IMG/VR virus record: IMGVR_UViG_3300027770_000034
Length of the DNA: 27,395 nt
Source of the DNA: a virus
Taxonomy: Duplodnaviria > Heunggongvirae > Uroviricota > Caudoviricetes
Reading direction: 5' to 3' (one strand)
Shown in pieces: positions 25,584-27,395 of this stretch. Every line of letters starts with the position of its first letter. The first letter of the stretch is position 1. A program made the translations under genes and the position numbers. A model generated the notes under the pieces. The model worked only from the letters and a program-made list of their open reading frames with translations. It did no database searches and was not told the origin of the DNA.

Positions 25584-25619
25584 GATAAAAATATAGCAAA
25601 TTAGTTTAGATATTGAAGG

Positions 25620-25748
25620 TTATCGTCCTTGTCCTCTATATGCTTTTAATTTTGGAGAATGTTTGTTGTGAGATTTTTTAGCCGAGCCTGTTTTTCTTTT
25701 ACCGAAACTTAATTTTGTTGATTCCCCTGACGATTTTCCTTTTGCCAT
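25620..25748 (-). CDS. 42-aa highly basic protein (not in the ORF track)
   Basis: MAKGKSSGESTKLSFGKRKTGSAKKSHNKHSPKLKAYRGQGR*; minus-strand TATTTATC at 25771-25764. Confidence 0.7.
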   Translation of the reverse strand: MAKGKSSGESTKLSFGKRKTGSAKKSHNKHSPKLKAYRGQGR

Positions 25749-25788
25749 AAATTAGATTTTGTTGATAAATACACTTATATTTATGAAT

Positions 25789-26079
25789 ATGATGATTACT
25801 GAAGAAGAAAAAAAAGAATTATTATCTAAATATTCTGGTGACACTTCAGATGAGCTATTAACTCATCTGAAAAGACATTTTCCTGTTACAGAAATTAAGT
25901 ATGATTGGATGACCGAACCTGTACAATTTATTCAAGTTGATGACAAATCAAGATTGATAAAAAACAATAAAAAATACTTGGTTGGTTTTATCTATAATCT
26001 TCTTGAAAATAGTTGGATTTCACTTGGTGAAAAAAAAATTCGTAGAACAATTAAAAAATATTTGGACGGAATAAAATAG
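25789..26079 (+). CDS. ITE-leader hypothetical protein
   Basis: MMITEEEKKELL; follows TATTTATG at 25778-25785. The start could be 25783, 25789 or 25792. Confidence 0.7.
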   Translation: MMITEEEKKELLSKYSGDTSDELLTHLKRHFPVTEIKYDWMTEPVQFIQVDDKSRLIKNNKKYLVGFIYNLLENSWISLGEKKIRRTIKKYLDGIK

Positions 26080-26092
26080 TTTCTTATCTTTG
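26061..26092 (+). promoter_or_regulatory. Bacteroidota-type promoter 1 of the RNA island
   Basis: TTTG (26061-26064), 20-nt spacer, TATCTTTG (26085-26092). Confidence 0.65.
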
Positions 26093-26166
26093 AATTCTGA
26101 TTCTAAAATACTCAAAAGCCAAGGGTGGAAATGTGAAATAAAATTTTCACCCTTACTTAAAAAAAG

Positions 26167-26198
26167 TTTGACGGAATCAAAAAAAGTTCTTAACTTTG
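26167..26198 (+). promoter_or_regulatory. Bacteroidota-type promoter 2, upstream of the tRNA-like gene
   Basis: TTTG (26167-26170), 20-nt spacer, TAACTTTG (26191-26198). Confidence 0.75.
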
Positions 26199-26281
26199 TA
26201 TAGAAATCGGGAGGACAGTAAAAATGTACCTGAAGTGATGAACCAAATGGTTTGAAATCCCGATGATAGTTCTTTAAATAT

Positions 26282-26373
26282 GGTTGTGGTAGCTCAGTTG
26301 TTAGGGTGACTTAACATAGGTAGAGCATCTGTGTGAAAGCAGTGTGCCAGTGGTTCGACTCCACTCCCAACCA
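26282..26373 (+). tRNA. atypical tRNA or tRNA-like RNA, nominal anticodon GAA (Phe)
   Basis: TAGCTCAG..GGTAGAGC D-arm; AGTGG-TTCGACT-CCACT T-arm; acceptor stem GGTTG(T)GG/CCCAACC; 18-nt hairpin inside the D-loop; weak anticodon stem; no encoded CCA. Confidence 0.7.
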
Positions 26374-26426
26374 CGAAAGTCCTCCGATATAAAGACGTTT
26401 TATTTTCGGAATTTTCATTAATAAAA

Positions 26427-26458
26427 TTTGATAAGTTGTAAAATTTATCTTATCTTTA
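26427..26458 (+). promoter_or_regulatory. Bacteroidota-type promoter 3 of the RNA island
   Basis: TTTG (26427-26430), 20-nt spacer, TATCTTTA (26451-26458; one mismatch to consensus). Confidence 0.55.
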
Positions 26459-26464
26459 TAAAAA

Positions 26465-26765
26465 AATGGACAGCGGAATGTTTTTCAGTGGTGGTTCCCC
26501 ATACTCACCTAGAACAATTTTCTTCTCCGCGTTACAAATTAGAAAAATGTTAAATAAAACACGGGAGGTTGAACGGACTGTTCTCCTTGTCTGACCTTAA
26601 CCAGACTAAAACAACAGGTCTTTTTGGTTGTTTTGGATTAGAACTAAAACAGAAGTTGTCCGACTTCACGGGTGTTGATGATTTACCCTTCCAAAAACAA
26701 TAATCATACATTTTTGTCCTGACGGGGACATTCGGGGGAGACGCGACGGTGTCTCCCTTTTTTTT
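26465..26765 (+). ncRNA. candidate structured noncoding RNA of unknown class
   Basis: Own promoter and terminator; GC-richer than its flanks; many nested helices found by eye; longest ORF noticed is 42 aa. Confidence 0.45.
26736..26765 (+). terminator. strong intrinsic terminator
   Basis: GGGAGAC(GC-GACG-GT)GTCTCCC followed by T8. Confidence 0.9.
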
Positions 26766-26797
26766 GTGCCATTTAACTATTTATAAGAAAAAAGAAA

Positions 26798-27395
26798 ATG
26801 GCAACAACACCTTTAGCATATAACCCAAGTGCGTCACCAATTGCGGGAACAACACAAGTAGGAAGTTTAGCGGTCGGAACAACTGACCAAGATTATAGTA
26901 TAGAGCCAGGGGGAGTTACTTGGTGGATGGGACCCGAAGAATCAGATGGGTATGTTATTGCCGTTCCTGTTTCAGGAAATACCCAACCAACACCAATCTC
27001 AGGAGTAACCGCATCAGTTGGATTTTTTAAGTCAACAGATTTGACTGATAGTTCTTTTCTTCAGTTAACAAATAATGAGTTTAATCAAAATTTTACGTCT
27101 GCAACAGAGGCTAGTACATGGTTAACAAATAATGGTTATTGGAATTCGTATGGTGGACCTGTTTTATATTTGGATGCCAATAATTTATCAAGCTATCCTG
27201 GAACAGGAACCACTTGGTATGATATAAGTGGTAATGGAAACGATGTCACAATGGTAAATTCAGGTAGTATTGCTTGGAATAATTCATCACCTGTTTATTT
27301 TTCAACAGGAGCAAACGGTTGGTTTAATAATCCATCAGGTTCCAATCTACCTATAGGAAATGAAAATTATACTTTTATAATATGGGTTCAACTTG
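26798..27395 (+). CDS. LamG-like virion protein, 3' truncated by the window edge
   Basis: MATTPLAYNPS...LYLDANNLSSYPGTGTTWYDISGNGN, matching the LamG entry of 2286..3278; TATTTATA at 26778-26785. Confidence 0.8.
   Translation, partial: MATTPLAYNPSASPIAGTTQVGSLAVGTTDQDYSIEPGGVTWWMGPEESDGYVIAVPVSGNTQPTPISGVTASVGFFKSTDLTDSSFLQLTNNEFNQNFTSATEASTWLTNNGYWNSYGGPVLYLDANNLSSYPGTGTTWYDISGNGNDVTMVNSGSIAWNNSSPVYFSTGANGWFNNPSGSNLPIGNENYTFIIWVQL

Noticed and set aside
26230-26241. Box D/box C-like CTGA-A-GTGATGA (K-loop)
   Set aside because: Too short to be significant, the loop would be only 3 nt, and there is no L7Ae-type partner in view.
26206-26264. Canonical hammerhead ribozyme
   Set aside because: GAAA precedes the closing stem, but the core reads CUGAAGUGAUG rather than CUGANGA, there is no UH cleavage dinucleotide and there are extra U residues before GAAA. 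Kept only as an unknown junction.
26466-26594. 42-aa ORF MDSGMFFSGG...TVLLV inside the candidate ncRNA
   Set aside because: No motif, and it covers under half of the transcription unit. It cannot be fully excluded without conservation data.
26282-26765. tmRNA (one- or two-piece), RNase P, SRP or 6S RNA
   Set aside because: No G3-U70 acceptor or tag reading frame, and no RNase P or SRP signature sequences that I could identify.
1-27395. Alternative genetic code (stop-codon reassignment)
   Set aside because: Known families (IscU, IscA, cyclophilin, nuclease) are full length under the standard code, and genes ending in TAG or TGA abut the next gene or a terminator.

Overview
AT-rich (roughly 30% GC by eye), gene-dense window with about 60 mostly short, mostly plus-strand ORFs. 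It is best read as an accessory region of a large tailed phage. A Bacteroidota host is inferred from TTTG-N19-22-TAnnTTTG promoters, the lack of Shine-Dalgarno sites, Gln at +1 after predicted signal peptides, and the IscU, ferredoxin and DUF2452-like genes. No capsid, terminase or polymerase gene is in view, so the phage call is an inference. Recognisable genes: two LamG-like proteins plus a relative sharing their N-terminal module, pterin-4a-carbinolamine dehydratase, an AdoMet decarboxylase-family proenzyme, a cyclophilin, a GH73-like hydrolase, an HNH endonuclease, an iscU-ferredoxin-iscA cluster, a putative outer-membrane beta-barrel, a secreted non-specific nuclease, a sulfotransferase-like protein, a PG-binding/YkuD-like protein and an M15 peptidase. 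Most notable observations: (1) About 21 otherwise unrelated proteins share an N-terminal leader (MKYIITE[SNDG]x / MKKxxxLTES[DE]L). All lie in units headed by a TATTTAT box, suggesting a capsid-targeting/propeptide system for late-expressed virion cargo. (2) A repeating terminator-TATTTAT-gene cassette layout; one box sits inside a hairpin that covers the start region of the HNH gene. (3) A noncoding island at 26.08-26.77 kb with three host-type promoters, a tRNA-like RNA with a GNRA-capped hairpin inserted in its D-loop, and a roughly 300-nt structured RNA candidate. (4) A recombination scar duplicating the 3' end of the dehydratase gene.
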